64,000 nt of DNA from an uncultured SAR86 cluster bacterium (GCA_902522825.1 CABYXE010000003.1:2212-66211), one strand, 5' to 3'; counted from the stretch's first letter, positions 38,753 through 50,138 are shown. The notes: generated by a model not told the origin, from the letters alone. Translations and numbers: made by a program.

Positions 38753-39950
38753 AGAAAATTATAATTTTCCCGACAAAGATGGAAGATACGGAGATTTTGG
38801 AGGCAAATATGTGTCCGAAACTTTAATTTCAGCTTTAGATCAATTAGAAGATACTTACGATAAAGTAAAAAATGATAAATCCTTTATCGCTGAAGTAAAA
38901 AATGACCTAGAAACTTTTGTTGGAAGACCTTCACCTCTTTATTTTGCTCAAAGATGGACAAAAAATCTAGGTGGAGCAAAGATCTACTTGAAAAGAGAAG
39001 ATCTAAATCATACAGGTGCTCACAAAATAAATAATACTGTTGGGCAAGTACTTTTAGCAAAAAAGATGGGCAAGAAAAGAATAATCGCTGAAACTGGAGC
39101 AGGCCAACATGGCGTTGCAACTGCTGCAGTTGCTGCAAGACATGGCCTAGAATGTATAATTTTTATGGGCGAAGAGGATATAGAGAGACAGTCTCCTAAT
39201 GTTTATAGAATGAAACTTTTAGGAGCTGAAGTTTGTGCTGTTGATTCAGGCACAAAAACTCTTAAAGATGCTATGAATGAGGCTATGAGAGACTGGGTTA
39301 CTAACGTTGATGATACTCACTACATTATTGGAAGTGTTGCAGGGCCTCATCCCTATCCGCAAATTGTAAGAGACTTTAATTCTATAGTAGGCGTAGAATT
39401 GAAAGGGCAGTCCAGAGAGGTTTTAGGAAGATATCCGGACAAAATTATTGCTTGCGTCGGCGGGGGATCAAACGCAATGGGTATTTTTTATCCTTTTCTC
39501 AAGGATAATTCAGTTGATTTGATAGGTGTTGAAGCTGGAGGCTCAGGGGTAGAATCTGGAAAACATGCTGCTCCATTGAGCGACGGGAGTGTAGGCGTTC
39601 TGCATGGAATGAAGACATACTTAATGCAAGATGAAGGTGGTCAGATATTATCTACACATTCTGTTTCTGCAGGATTAGATTATCCAGGAGTCGGCCCTGA
39701 GCATTCTTATCTTAGGGATTCTGGAAGAGTCATTTATGAAGCTGCCACAGATGATGAAGCATTGGATAGTTTTCATGATTTGACTAAAACTGAAGGAATA
39801 ATGCCTGCTCTTGAAACTGCTCACGCTCTAGCATTTGCAAAAAAAATAGCTCCTTCTTTGGATAAAGAAGAAATTATAGTAGTAAATCTCTCAGGAAGAG
39901 GAGATAAGGACATGGCCAATGTAGCAAAAGTGGAAGGTCTTTCTTTGTGA
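38745..39950 (+). CDS. trpB: tryptophan synthase beta chain
   Basis: [15 protein letters not shown] (PLP Lys), [14 protein letters not shown]. Confidence 0.92.
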   Translation: MSKENYNFPDKDGRYGDFGGKYVSETLISALDQLEDTYDKVKNDKSFIAEVKNDLETFVGRPSPLYFAQRWTKNLGGAKIYLKREDLNHTGAHKINNTVGQVLLAKKMGKKRIIAETGAGQHGVATAAVAARHGLECIIFMGEEDIERQSPNVYRMKLLGAEVCAVDSGTKTLKDAMNEAMRDWVTNVDDTHYIIGSVAGPHPYPQIVRDFNSIVGVELKGQSREVLGRYPDKIIACVGGGSNAMGIFYPFLKDNSVDLIGVEAGGSGVESGKHAAPLSDGSVGVLHGMKTYLMQDEGGQILSTHSVSAGLDYPGVGPEHSYLRDSGRVIYEAATDDEALDSFHDLTKTEGIMPALETAHALAFAKKIAPSLDKEEIIVVNLSGRGDKDMANVAKVEGLSL

Positions 39951-40747
39951 ATGCAATCCATAAAGTATTTGACTCATTAAAAAAAAATAATAGAAAAGCT
40001 CTAATTACCTATTCTATTGCGGGTGACCCAGATTTAGATTCTTCTGAAAAAATAATCAGAAACTTTATACATTCAGGAGTGGATATAATAGAAGTAGGAG
40101 TTCCATTTTCAGATCCAATGGCAGAGGGTCCATCAATTCAATTAGGGCATGAGAGAGCATTAAAAAATAATATCTCGTTAAAAGATATTTTAGAAATGTG
40201 TTTCAAAATTAAAAAAGATCACCCAAATGTACCAATAGTCTTAATGGGGTACATGAATAATTTTCTATCCTTAAATGAAAATCTTTTTTCAGAATTAAAA
40301 AAACACAAAATCGATGGTTTAATCATAGTAGATCTTCCTTATGTTGAAAGTACAGAATTTTTAAAAAAGTTAAATAAGGAAGGAATTGACCTTATAAGAT
40401 TAATTTCCCCTACAACAACCAACGAAAGAGTAAGCAAGATACTTTCTTCTTCTTCTGGGTACCTTTACTATATTTCACTTAAAGGTGTTACAGGCTCAGA
40501 ACTAAAGGTTTCTGACGAATTAGAAAAAAGAGTCCTTTCAATAAAAGAACAAACTGATTTACCAGTTGTAGTTGGTTTTGGAATAAAAGATGCCATTACA
40601 GCAAAAAAAATGTCTTTTTGCTCAGATGGAGTGGTAGTTGGCAGTTTGCTTGTAGACGAAATAAGCAAATTTAGCTCTAAAGAAGATAATATAATGAATA
40701 AAAAATTAACGTCTATAATCGACGAATTAAAAGAAGGAATAGCTTAG
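39947..40747 (+). CDS. trpA: tryptophan synthase alpha chain
   Basis: [31 protein letters not shown] start overlaps the trpB stop (GTGA). Confidence 0.9.
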   Translation: MNAIHKVFDSLKKNNRKALITYSIAGDPDLDSSEKIIRNFIHSGVDIIEVGVPFSDPMAEGPSIQLGHERALKNNISLKDILEMCFKIKKDHPNVPIVLMGYMNNFLSLNENLFSELKKHKIDGLIIVDLPYVESTEFLKKLNKEGIDLIRLISPTTTNERVSKILSSSSGYLYYISLKGVTGSELKVSDELEKRVLSIKEQTDLPVVVGFGIKDAITAKKMSFCSDGVVVGSLLVDEISKFSSKEDNIMNKKLTSIIDELKEGIA

Positions 40748-40749
40748 AT

Positions 40750-41610
40750 ATGGCAAAAGGATGGTTTAATAAAATTCTACCTTCATTTGTTAGAAGAGAT
40801 GAATCTAATGAAAAGAAGAGTCCAGTTCCTCAAGGCTTATGGCAGAGTTGTCCAAATTGTAAGGAAATAATTTATGGTCCCGATCTAGAGTCGAATCTTT
40901 ATGTTTGTTTAAATTGTGATCATCACATCAGAATTGGTGCTAGACATAGACTTAGCTATTTATTTGACGAGAACTCATATGAAGAAATTTCATCAAAGCT
41001 AGAAGCAAAAGATTGGCTTTCTTTTAAAGACTCAAAAAAGTACAAAGATAGATTATCTGATGCTAAATCTAAAATTGATGAAAAAGAAGCAATGATTTCA
41101 GCTAAAGGAAAAATAAATGGGAAAGAAGTTGTAATTTCAGCTTTTGAGTTTAGATTTATGGGCGGATCTATGGGCTCAGTTGTTGGTCAAAAATTCATAG
41201 ATGCTGCAAATAAAGCTATAGAAATGAAATGCCCGTTTATATGTTTTTCTACTTCAGGCGGTGCCAGAATGCAAGAGTCTCTTTTTTCTTTATTTCAGAT
41301 GGCTCGAACTAGTGCTGTACTTAATGTTCTTAAGGAAAATAAACTGCCATATATATCAGTTCTAACTGATCCAATCTTTGGAGGAGTAGCAGCTAGCCTA
41401 GCGATGCTAGGTGATATAAACATTGCAGAACCAAAGGCTCAAGTAGGTTTTGCAGGACCAAGAGTTATCGAGGACACGGTGAGAGTAAAATTACCAGATG
41501 GTTTTCAACGAAGTGAATTTTTATTAAACCACGGCATGATTGATATGATAATTCATAGATCTGACTTAAAAGATAAATTATCAGGATTAATCACTAAACT
41601 TCATAAATAA
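40750..41610 (+). CDS. accD: acetyl-CoA carboxylase carboxyltransferase beta subunit
   Basis: C4 zinc ribbon CPNC...CLNCDHH, FMGGSMGSVVG, SGGARMQE. Confidence 0.9.
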   Translation: MAKGWFNKILPSFVRRDESNEKKSPVPQGLWQSCPNCKEIIYGPDLESNLYVCLNCDHHIRIGARHRLSYLFDENSYEEISSKLEAKDWLSFKDSKKYKDRLSDAKSKIDEKEAMISAKGKINGKEVVISAFEFRFMGGSMGSVVGQKFIDAANKAIEMKCPFICFSTSGGARMQESLFSLFQMARTSAVLNVLKENKLPYISVLTDPIFGGVAASLAMLGDINIAEPKAQVGFAGPRVIEDTVRVKLPDGFQRSEFLLNHGMIDMIIHRSDLKDKLSGLITKLHK

Positions 41611-41618
41611 AAAATATT

Positions 41619-42794
41619 TTGTCCGTAAATAACTGGCTTAATAAAAAAGTAAAAGAACACAATAATCAAAAAATAGATCTTTCAATTCTAAAAGATTTAA
41701 TAGGCAAATTAAAAATAGATTTACCAAAAAAAATTATCTCGATAACTGGAACTAATGGAAAAGGGTCTACTGCAAATTTTATAAATGAAATTCTAAAAAA
41801 TAATTCTTATTCAGCAGGACTTTACACCTCTCCTCATTTAATAGATTACAACGAAAGAATTAAAATAAATGGGATAAATATTTCAGATAATAAATTAAAA
41901 AAAACTTTCTCCAAAATAGAAAAGCAATTTGAAAAAGAAAAGCTTAATTTTTATCAAATATTATCTTTAACTGCTTTTAAATATTTTTCTGACAATAAAT
42001 TAGACATATGGATTTTAGAAGCAGGCTTGGGCGGCAGGCTTGATCCAATAAATTGTTTTGATGCTTATTTATCTATAATTACAAATGTTTCTTTTGACCA
42101 TAAAGAAATTTTAGGAAACGACTTAAATTCAATAGGAAATGAAAAGGCAGGAATATTAAGAAATAATCAAAAATTGATATTTGGCAGTGATGAAATGCCA
42201 AACTCAGTAAAACAAAAAATAAAGTCTTTAGATGTAGAGCTATATAAAATTAATGAAGAAAAGCATCAAGAAAAAGTATCAGCTTATGAGAACTCAAAAC
42301 GAATTGCTGAAAAAGCAATAAATATTATTGATCCAAAGATCTCAAAAAGAAAAATTAACATTTCAATCAAAGATACGAAAATTTTAGGAAGATGTGATCT
42401 AATAAATAATAAATTTTTAATAGATGTTGCTCATAACGAAAAAGCTATTGAAAATTTAAGAAAATTCATCTTAAAAAAAAATTTAAACAAATACGAGATC
42501 TCAGCAATATTTCATTGTTCGGAAACAAAGAATCCGCTGACCTTAATACAGCCACTAAAAGAATTTATTTCTGAACTAAGAGTACCAAAAATAAATAATC
42601 TTAGACTTCAAGATGAAAAATATTTAAGAAGAACGTTGAAAAAAAGATTAGATATAAACATTAATATTGATGAGTCACTAGAAAAAAGCATTAAAAATAT
42701 AAAACTAAGAACATCAGAAAGTTTAATTTTAATTTTTGGGTCTTTTTATCTAGCTGGGGAGTTTTATAAACTTCCTTTAAGTAAAAATGTATAA
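41619..42794 (+). CDS. folC: bifunctional folylpolyglutamate synthase/dihydrofolate synthase
   Basis: ITGTNGKGST P-loop, YTSPHL, EAGLGGRLD. accD-folC synteny. TTG start. Confidence 0.8.
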   Translation: MSVNNWLNKKVKEHNNQKIDLSILKDLIGKLKIDLPKKIISITGTNGKGSTANFINEILKNNSYSAGLYTSPHLIDYNERIKINGINISDNKLKKTFSKIEKQFEKEKLNFYQILSLTAFKYFSDNKLDIWILEAGLGGRLDPINCFDAYLSIITNVSFDHKEILGNDLNSIGNEKAGILRNNQKLIFGSDEMPNSVKQKIKSLDVELYKINEEKHQEKVSAYENSKRIAEKAINIIDPKISKRKINISIKDTKILGRCDLINNKFLIDVAHNEKAIENLRKFILKKNLNKYEISAIFHCSETKNPLTLIQPLKEFISELRVPKINNLRLQDEKYLRRTLKKRLDININIDESLEKSIKNIKLRTSESLILIFGSFYLAGEFYKLPLSKNV

Positions 42795-42813
42795 TTAATC
42801 CTTTAAAGTATTA

Positions 42814-43350
42814 ATGGACTTTCTCCTATATTTCAATTCTTTTGATTTCATAATTTCTCTATTTCTAATTACATTTACGATTTTAGGAATAGTTAAAGGG
42901 TTTTATCAAGAATTTATCTCTATAGGTATATGGATAGCTTCTATTATAGTCGCTTGGGCTTTTAGATATTTTCCTCAAGATTTTATAAGCGGAATTATAG
43001 CTGATAGGGGTATACAAGAAATTCTTTCGTTTTTATTTATTTTTATAATTATCTTTATTTTTTTTAGAGTAATTGGCAAAGCTATTATTAAAGGAATTAA
43101 TTCAATGCAGAAAAGTGCAATAGATAGAATTCTTGGGGGTTTTATTGGTTTTGCAAAAGGCTTTATTTTAACAATTACTATTTTTTTATTAAGCGACGAA
43201 TATATAATGTCTAATGATTTTTGGAAATCAAGTTATTTGGCAGATCATATTTATGAATCAGCAGAAGTAATAGGTAGTTTTATCGGAAAGGTCCCCTATA
43301 AAGAGATAAGAGAAATTCAAGTAGACCAAAAATTATTGGAGAGAAATTAA
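42814..43350 (+). CDS. cvpA: CvpA-family membrane protein
   Basis: Four TM helices, GIVKGFYQE motif, position immediately upstream of purF. Confidence 0.8.
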   Translation: MDFLLYFNSFDFIISLFLITFTILGIVKGFYQEFISIGIWIASIIVAWAFRYFPQDFISGIIADRGIQEILSFLFIFIIIFIFFRVIGKAIIKGINSMQKSAIDRILGGFIGFAKGFILTITIFLLSDEYIMSNDFWKSSYLADHIYESAEVIGSFIGKVPYKEIREIQVDQKLLERN

Positions 43351-43352
43351 AA

Positions 43353-44822
43353 ATGTGTGGCGTTGTGGGGTTAGTTTCTAAAAATGAAGTTTCTCCGTCT
43401 CTTTATGAAGCTTTAACAGTTATTCAGCATAGAGGACAAGATGCTGCTGGAATTGCAACTCTAGAAGAGGGTAGATTGCATACAAGAAAACAAATTGGTT
43501 TAGTAAGAGACGTATTTAGAGAAAAACACATTAATGAATTAAAGGGCCAAATAGGAATTGGTCACGTAAGATATCCGACGGCAGGTGGAGCAAGTAGAGA
43601 ATTTTCTCAACCACTTTACGTAAATTCTCCATATGGAATTAGTATTAGTCATAATGGAAATTTGGTGAATGCCGAACAACTTACAAAAGAATTATATAAA
43701 GATAATTTTAGACATTTAAATACTTCCTCTGACTCAGAAGTGATATTGAATGTCTTTGCTCATGAATTACAACAGGCAAGTTCTTTTAACCCAACGCCAG
43801 AACAAATTTTTCAGGCCGTTGAACAGACTCACTTGAGACTCAAAGGAGCCTATTCTGTTTTGTTGATGATAAGTGGCGTAGGCTTAGTCGGAATAAGAGA
43901 TCCAAAAGGAATACGACCACTCATTTTAGGCAAAAAAGATAATGACTTAATAGGCTCAGATTATATGATGGCTTCAGAAAGTCCTGCATTAAGCGCTCTT
44001 GAGTTTGATATAGAAGGAGATTTAAAACCTGGAGAGGCAGTTTTTATTACACTCGAAGGAGAAATACACAGAAAAGTTTGTCACAGCAAACCTTCTAAAA
44101 ATCCTTGTATATTTGAGTATGTTTACTTAGCTAGACCAGATGCAGTAATAGATGGAATTTCTGTTATGAGATCAAGATTGAGAATGGGTCAAAAGCTAGG
44201 AAAAAAAATTCTAGATACTTATCCTGATCACGATATTGATGCAGTCATTCCTATCCCTGAAAGTAGCACTTCTTCGGCAATTGAAGTAGCTAAAACTCTA
44301 AATGTAAACTACAGAGAAGGCTTCGTTAAAAACAGATACATAGGCAGAACTTTCATTATGCCAAAGCAGGAATTAAGAAAAAAATCTGTAAGAAGAAAAT
44401 TGAATCCGATTCCATTTGAATTTAAAGATAAAAATGTTTTATTAGTCGATGATTCAATTGTAAGAGGCACCACAAGTAGAGAAATCGTAGAGATGGCCAG
44501 AAGTGTTGGGGCAAAAAAAGTGTATTTTGCTTCAGCTGCTCCTCCAGTTAGATTTCAAAATGTTTATGGAATAGATATGGCTGCTACCGCTGAGTTGATA
44601 GCACATCAAAGATCAGAAGAGCAAATTGCCGACTTTATTGGCGCTGATTGGCTTATTTATCAAAATCTTGAAGACTTAATAGAATCTGCAAAAGAAGGAA
44701 ATCCAAAAATAGATAATTTTGAGACCTCAGTTTTTGATGGAGATTATATTTGCGGCTCCGTGACTAAAGATTATTTAACTAATTTAGAAATAGAAAGAAA
44801 AGATACCAATAAGAAAAGCTAA
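43353..44822 (+). CDS. purF: amidophosphoribosyltransferase
   Basis: MCGVVG Ntn Cys, RGQDAAGI, PRT motif LLVDDSIVRGTT. Confidence 0.92.
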   Translation: MCGVVGLVSKNEVSPSLYEALTVIQHRGQDAAGIATLEEGRLHTRKQIGLVRDVFREKHINELKGQIGIGHVRYPTAGGASREFSQPLYVNSPYGISISHNGNLVNAEQLTKELYKDNFRHLNTSSDSEVILNVFAHELQQASSFNPTPEQIFQAVEQTHLRLKGAYSVLLMISGVGLVGIRDPKGIRPLILGKKDNDLIGSDYMMASESPALSALEFDIEGDLKPGEAVFITLEGEIHRKVCHSKPSKNPCIFEYVYLARPDAVIDGISVMRSRLRMGQKLGKKILDTYPDHDIDAVIPIPESSTSSAIEVAKTLNVNYREGFVKNRYIGRTFIMPKQELRKKSVRRKLNPIPFEFKDKNVLLVDDSIVRGTTSREIVEMARSVGAKKVYFASAAPPVRFQNVYGIDMAATAELIAHQRSEEQIADFIGADWLIYQNLEDLIESAKEGNPKIDNFETSVFDGDYICGSVTKDYLTNLEIERKDTNKKS

Positions 44823-47398
44823 TTAGTTTCTATAGTAACAGTTGGCAAAGATGCATTGTCAGCTGCTTTTTTATAAGAAGAGATTTGATCAAAATTCATA
44901 TATTTAAAAATATCCTCTGACATTGTATTTATGTTTTTCATATATGAATGGTATTCATCAATAGAGGGAAGTTTTCCAAGAATTGAAGTTATTGCAGCTA
45001 ATTCAGCTGAGGATAAATAGACATTAGCACCATCTCCTAATCTGTTAGGAAAATTTCTAGTGGACGTAGATACAACAGTACAATTTGGCTCAACTCTAGC
45101 TTGGTTGCCCATACAAAGTGAGCAGCCAGGAATTTCAGTCCTGACGCCTGCATTTTCGAAGATCTTATAGAAACCTTCTTGTTCTAACTGAAATTTATCC
45201 ATTCTTGTTGGAGGTGAGATCCAAAGTCTTGTTGGAAGTTTATTAGTATTCTCTAAAAGTTTTCCTGCAGCTCTAAAGTGACCAATATTTGTCATACAAG
45301 AACCAATGAAAACTTCATCAATTTTTTGTTCACCTATTTCACTTAATGTTTTTACATCGTCAGGGTCATTTGGACAGGCTAGAAGTGGCTCAGTAATTTC
45401 ATCTAAATTAATCTCAATAATCTCAGCATATTCAGCATCTTTATCTGGTTTAAGTAGTATAGGGTTCTTTATCCATTCTTCCATTTTTTGAGCTCTTCTT
45501 TCTAAAGTTCTTGGATCTCCATAACCTTCTGATATTAACCATCTAAGTAAAACAATATTAGAATTTAAATATTCGATAATTGGAGCTTCGTCGAGTAATA
45601 CTGTACAACCCGATGCTGATCTCTCAGCAGAGGCGTCTGATAATTCAAATGCTTGCTCAATTTTTAAATCCGATAAACCTTCAATTTCAAGACACCTGCC
45701 GGAAAATATATTTTTCTTGCCTTCTTTTTCAACAGTTAGAAGACCTTTTTGTATGGCTGCATAAGGAATAGCATTAACTAAATCTCTAAGAGTTATCCCT
45801 GGTTGCATCTTTCCAGAAAATCTCACTAAAACTGATTCTGGCATATCAAGAGGTATAACTCCTAAAGCAGCTCCAAATGCAACTAATCCAGAACCTGCTG
45901 GAAAACTAATGCCTATTGGAAAACGAGTGTGCGAATCTCCTCCAGTGCCTACCGTATCTGGTAAAAGCATTCGATTTAACCAAGAATGAATTATGCCGTC
46001 ACCAGGCTTTAAAGCTACTCCTCCTCTAGTCTTAATAAACTCTGGAAGAGTGTGTTGAGTTTCAATATCAACAGGCTTTGGATAAGCAGCTGTATGACAA
46101 AAGGATTGCATAACTAGATCAGAGGAAAAGCCAAGACATGCTAATTCTTTAAGCTCATCTCTTGTCATTGGTCCTGTCGTATCTTGAGAACCGACAGTAG
46201 TCATTATGGGTTCACAATAAACTCCAGGTCTTACTCCTTCTACTCCACAAGCTTTACCAACCATTTTTTGGGCTAATGTATATCCAGCCTTTGACTTATC
46301 ACCCGTACCAGGACGAACGAATACGTCTGTAGGAGGTAAGTCTAAAAATTCTCTAGCTTTATCTGTAAGACTTCGGCCTATTATTAAAGGAATTCTTCCA
46401 CCGGCCCTTACTTCATCGAGAAAGGTTTCAGATTTAAGCTCGAAAGAGGTAATTAGTTCACCTTTTTCATTTTTTATTTTTCCCTCATGAGGAAAGATGC
46501 TTATAAGATCGCCAGTACTTATTTGATCTACATCTGCCTCAAAAACTAAAGTTCCAGCATCTTCCATAGTATTAAAAAATATTGGTGCAATCTTACTTCC
46601 AATACAAATTCCGCCTGTTTTCTTATTGGGGATGAAAGGTATATCGTTGCCCATATGCCACAAGACTGAATTAGTTGCTGATTTTCTTGATGATCCTGTC
46701 CCAACTACATCACCAGCTAAAGTAACTGGATGACCCGTTTTTTTTAAGTTTTCTATTTCTTCAAGAGGCTTATCTGATAAGCCTTCACGCGGCATTTTAT
46801 ACATCGCTAAGGCGTGTAAAGGTATATCTGGTCTGGACCAAGCATCTGGAGCAGGTGAAAGATCATCTGTATTTGTTTCACCAGGAACTTTAAATATTAT
46901 AGTTTCAATTTTTTTTGGAACTTCAGACTTTGACGTAAACCATTCCGCATTTGCCCATGAATTTAAAATTTTCAATGCATTCTTAGATGATTTAGACATT
47001 TCAGCAATATCATTAAATGCATCAAAAACTAGAAGTGTTTTAGATAAAGCTTCAACAGCAGTTTCGCCGCAGACTTCATCATCAATGAGAGATATTAAAG
47101 GCTCAACATTATAGCCACCCAACATAGTACCCAAATAAAAAGTAGCTTCTTTTGAGCTCAAAACCTTTGTGACTATATTTTTTTTTGCAACATCAGATAA
47201 AAATGCAGCTTTGACATAAGCTGCGTCATCAACACCTGCAGGAACTCTTTCAGTTAGAAGCGTTAAAAGCTCCTCGTTTTTACCATCAGATTTTTTTATT
47301 AACTCTACTAATTGTGAGGTTTGTTCAGCATCTAAAGAAAGTGGAGGTATACCCATATCGGCCCTTTCCTTTGCCGATTTGTAATAATTTTCAAGCAT
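44819..47398 (-). CDS. acnB: aconitate hydratase B / 2-methylisocitrate dehydratase
   Basis: 859 aa. MLE.YRK..AER...GIPP N-terminus, GGDSHTRFP, GSCMTN, CSLCMGNQ cluster ligands. Confidence 0.92.
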   Translation of the reverse strand: MLENYYKSAKERADMGIPPLSLDAEQTSQLVELIKKSDGKNEELLTLLTERVPAGVDDAAYVKAAFLSDVAKKNIVTKVLSSKEATFYLGTMLGGYNVEPLISLIDDEVCGETAVEALSKTLLVFDAFNDIAEMSKSSKNALKILNSWANAEWFTSKSEVPKKIETIIFKVPGETNTDDLSPAPDAWSRPDIPLHALAMYKMPREGLSDKPLEEIENLKKTGHPVTLAGDVVGTGSSRKSATNSVLWHMGNDIPFIPNKKTGGICIGSKIAPIFFNTMEDAGTLVFEADVDQISTGDLISIFPHEGKIKNEKGELITSFELKSETFLDEVRAGGRIPLIIGRSLTDKAREFLDLPPTDVFVRPGTGDKSKAGYTLAQKMVGKACGVEGVRPGVYCEPIMTTVGSQDTTGPMTRDELKELACLGFSSDLVMQSFCHTAAYPKPVDIETQHTLPEFIKTRGGVALKPGDGIIHSWLNRMLLPDTVGTGGDSHTRFPIGISFPAGSGLVAFGAALGVIPLDMPESVLVRFSGKMQPGITLRDLVNAIPYAAIQKGLLTVEKEGKKNIFSGRCLEIEGLSDLKIEQAFELSDASAERSASGCTVLLDEAPIIEYLNSNIVLLRWLISEGYGDPRTLERRAQKMEEWIKNPILLKPDKDAEYAEIIEINLDEITEPLLACPNDPDDVKTLSEIGEQKIDEVFIGSCMTNIGHFRAAGKLLENTNKLPTRLWISPPTRMDKFQLEQEGFYKIFENAGVRTEIPGCSLCMGNQARVEPNCTVVSTSTRNFPNRLGDGANVYLSSAELAAITSILGKLPSIDEYHSYMKNINTMSEDIFKYMNFDQISSYKKAADNASLPTVTIETN

Positions 47399-47427
47399 AA
47401 AATTTTTAAAAAAATGTATTATAAACT

Positions 47428-47892
47428 ATGTCCATGGCTAAAAGAACTAGAACTCCTTGTGTTGGTATATGTTCAACTACTTACGGCGATGATGTTTGTC
47501 GAGGCTGTAAACGATTTGCACAAGAAATCATAAATTGGAATAGCTTTTCTCCCGATGAAAGAGAAGCAGTTTGGCTAAGGTTAGAAAAGTTAAAAACCCA
47601 AATTATGAAATCAAGAGTTGAAATATTTGATCCATCAAAATTATCTGATGGCATCAAGGAATTTCAGTTGAGAATACATGAAGATTTAAATAATCTTTGC
47701 AAGGCATTTGAGTTAGTCAAACTTACTAGCAAAAGTTTTAAAGATCTAAGCAAATTCGGCGTAACAATAACTTCGTCAATAAAAGATTTAGAACTATTGA
47801 AAGAAGATATAGAAAAAGAACTTTATGAGCTCTCTACGGCACATCATAATAGATATTTTATCGAACCAAAGAACTATAAGGAAATTAAGTAA
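47428..47892 (+). CDS. DUF1289 (YdhL-like Cys-motif) domain protein with about 95-aa extra C-terminal region
   Basis: PCVGICSTTYGDDVCRGCKRFAQEIINW matches the C-x-G-x-C...C-x-G-C DUF1289 pattern. The remainder is unrecognised. Confidence 0.55.
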   Translation: MSMAKRTRTPCVGICSTTYGDDVCRGCKRFAQEIINWNSFSPDEREAVWLRLEKLKTQIMKSRVEIFDPSKLSDGIKEFQLRIHEDLNNLCKAFELVKLTSKSFKDLSKFGVTITSSIKDLELLKEDIEKELYELSTAHHNRYFIEPKNYKEIK

Positions 47893-49202
47893 TGGAAGAT
47901 ATTTTAAAGTCAAAGTTAATCTTGCCTTGTGGCAAAACATTAAAAAATAGGATTTGCAAATCTGCTCTCACGGAAAGAATCGCAGAGGGTAGTAATTTAG
48001 TTAACCAAAAACACTTGAATCTATATGAAAAATGGGCTGAAGGAAATGTTGGCACAGTTCTTACTGGAAATGTCCAAGTTGATAAAAGATATTTAGAATC
48101 TGCAGGTAATGTTGCTATAGAAAAAAGTAATTATAAAGATCAGATAGAGCTATTAAAAAAATGGACTGAAGTTGGTACAAAAAATAATACTAATTTATGG
48201 ATGCAAATTAGCCATGCTGGTCGACAAACTCCAGGTGATTTAAACATGAAACCAGTAGCACCTTCAGATGTAGGTCTAAAAATACCAGGAAGAAAATATG
48301 GTACGCCTAAACCTTTAACAAATGAAGAAATTGAAGATGTTATCGAAAGATTTATATTTACAGCAAAGGTTGCACATGACACAGGTTTTACTGGTATTCA
48401 AATTCATTCTGCACATGGATATTTAATGTCAGAGTTCCTATCTCCTGATATCAATAAAAGAGATGATGAGTGGGGTGGTTCTTTAGAAAATAGATCCAGA
48501 ATACTATTGCGAATTATTAATGGCTGTAGAAAAGCTTTGGGAGATAATTATCCAATTTCAGTTAAATTAAATTCAGCTGATTTTCAAAAAGGTGGCTTTT
48601 CAGCAGAAGATTCATCAAAAGTAGCATCAATGTTGAGTGAAGCAAAAATAGATTTACTAGAAATTTCAGGCGGAACTTATGAACAACCCAGACTTCTTGG
48701 TTTAGATACTGTTAGCATTAACCCAAAAAGAAGTGAAATAAGAAAAGAAAGTACGATAGCAAGAGAAGCGTATTTTTTGGCCTATACAGAAGAAATTAAA
48801 AAGGTAATTGATATCCCGCTTATGGTTACTGGAGGGTTTAGATCTAGATTGGCAATGGAAACCGCCATCAATCAAGGTGCGTGTGAAATCGTTGGAATAG
48901 GAAGACCACTATGTTCAGACCCCTTGTCCGTAAAAAAATTATTAGATAGATCAATAGATGTTTTACCAACATTTGAAAAAACACTATCAATAGGGCCAGG
49001 ATGGCTATCTCAAAGAAGTCCATTTAGATTAATTCAGGCATTAAACGCTTTTGGGATTCAATCTTGGTTTTATTCACAAATTAGGAGAATTTCTGAGGGG
49101 CTGTCACCTGATTTGTCTTTAAATCCATTTAAGGCTTTTAGAACCGATGGTAAAATAGATAAAGAGACTGTTAATGCTTATAAACTTTATAACAAATCAT
49201 AG
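47892..49202 (+). CDS. Old-Yellow-Enzyme-family NADH:flavin oxidoreductase
   Basis: KNRICKSALTE, QISHAGRQ, GIQIHSAHGYLMSEFLSP, GIGRP motifs. TAATG overlap with the upstream gene. Confidence 0.75.
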   Translation: MEDILKSKLILPCGKTLKNRICKSALTERIAEGSNLVNQKHLNLYEKWAEGNVGTVLTGNVQVDKRYLESAGNVAIEKSNYKDQIELLKKWTEVGTKNNTNLWMQISHAGRQTPGDLNMKPVAPSDVGLKIPGRKYGTPKPLTNEEIEDVIERFIFTAKVAHDTGFTGIQIHSAHGYLMSEFLSPDINKRDDEWGGSLENRSRILLRIINGCRKALGDNYPISVKLNSADFQKGGFSAEDSSKVASMLSEAKIDLLEISGGTYEQPRLLGLDTVSINPKRSEIRKESTIAREAYFLAYTEEIKKVIDIPLMVTGGFRSRLAMETAINQGACEIVGIGRPLCSDPLSVKKLLDRSIDVLPTFEKTLSIGPGWLSQRSPFRLIQALNAFGIQSWFYSQIRRISEGLSPDLSLNPFKAFRTDGKIDKETVNAYKLYNKS

Positions 49203-49211
49203 ATTCAAGTA

Positions 49212-50039
49212 ATGACTGCTGACATAAATTCAATTTACTTGATTGCTCTACCTATAGTCCTTTGCCTTATTGCAATTGAAGTATTTATTTCGAGTTATCA
49301 AAATATGGATGTCTACAAAACTGGAGATACTCTGGGGACAATAGGTCTTTTATCAGGAAATATTTTAGTCTCATTATTCATTAAAGGTTCGACTCTTGCT
49401 TTTCATTTCTTTTTATATCAATTTAGAGTTATTGATATAGTCAGCATTGTTCCAATCTGGATGCATTGGATTTTAGCCTTAATTTTTATAGACCTTATTT
49501 ATTATTTTTATCATCGGATATCTCATAGAAGCAGATTTTTATGGGCGGTTCATATGAGTCATCATTCTAGTGAAGAGATGAATTTTGCAGTGGCTTTTAG
49601 ACAAGCCTGGCTAGGTCCCGTTTCCAAGATTCCATTCTTTATGGTTCTACCTTTAATTGGGTTTGATCCAGTGACAGTAGCAGTAGCTGGAGTGCTAAGT
49701 ACTCTTTGGGGAATATTTGGTCATACACAAATGGTAAGAAAATTGGGACCAATTGAATGGTTTTTTGTCACTCCTTCTCATCACAGAGTTCATCACGGCT
49801 CTAACAAATCTTATATCGACAAAAATTACGGAAATTTTCTTATTATTTGGGATAGATTTTTTGGAACCTTTGAGGCCGAAAAGGAAAAAGTTAAGTACGG
49901 CCTAGTTAAAAATGTAAATACCTTCAACCCTATCAGAATTACCCTTATGGGATGGCAAGATATCTATAGAGATATCAAGAATTCTAAATCTTCTAAAGAA
50001 GCGTTTACTCACTTTTTTGGGCCCCCTAAAACTAATTAA
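49212..50039 (+). CDS. fatty-acid hydroxylase/sterol desaturase superfamily membrane di-iron enzyme
   Basis: His boxes HRISH, HMSHH, HHRVHH, with 3-4 TM helices. Confidence 0.7.
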   Translation: MTADINSIYLIALPIVLCLIAIEVFISSYQNMDVYKTGDTLGTIGLLSGNILVSLFIKGSTLAFHFFLYQFRVIDIVSIVPIWMHWILALIFIDLIYYFYHRISHRSRFLWAVHMSHHSSEEMNFAVAFRQAWLGPVSKIPFFMVLPLIGFDPVTVAVAGVLSTLWGIFGHTQMVRKLGPIEWFFVTPSHHRVHHGSNKSYIDKNYGNFLIIWDRFFGTFEAEKEKVKYGLVKNVNTFNPIRITLMGWQDIYRDIKNSKSSKEAFTHFFGPPKTN

Positions 50040-50138
50040 ATCCCAAACAATGAGTTCTAGAAAAGTAATAAACTTTATAGAAATAAAAAATGTAAAATGC
50101 ATTATTTAGATAATTTTATATCTTAGAATATTAGATTC

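Noticed and set aside
50121-50138. ARG-box-like palindrome GAAT-attag-ATTC immediately upstream of argG
   Set aside because: The half-site spacing is N5 rather than the N4 of the TGAAT-AATT-ATTCA consensus. There is only one copy, whereas ArgR sites are usually paired, and it abuts the ATG. Too weak to call.
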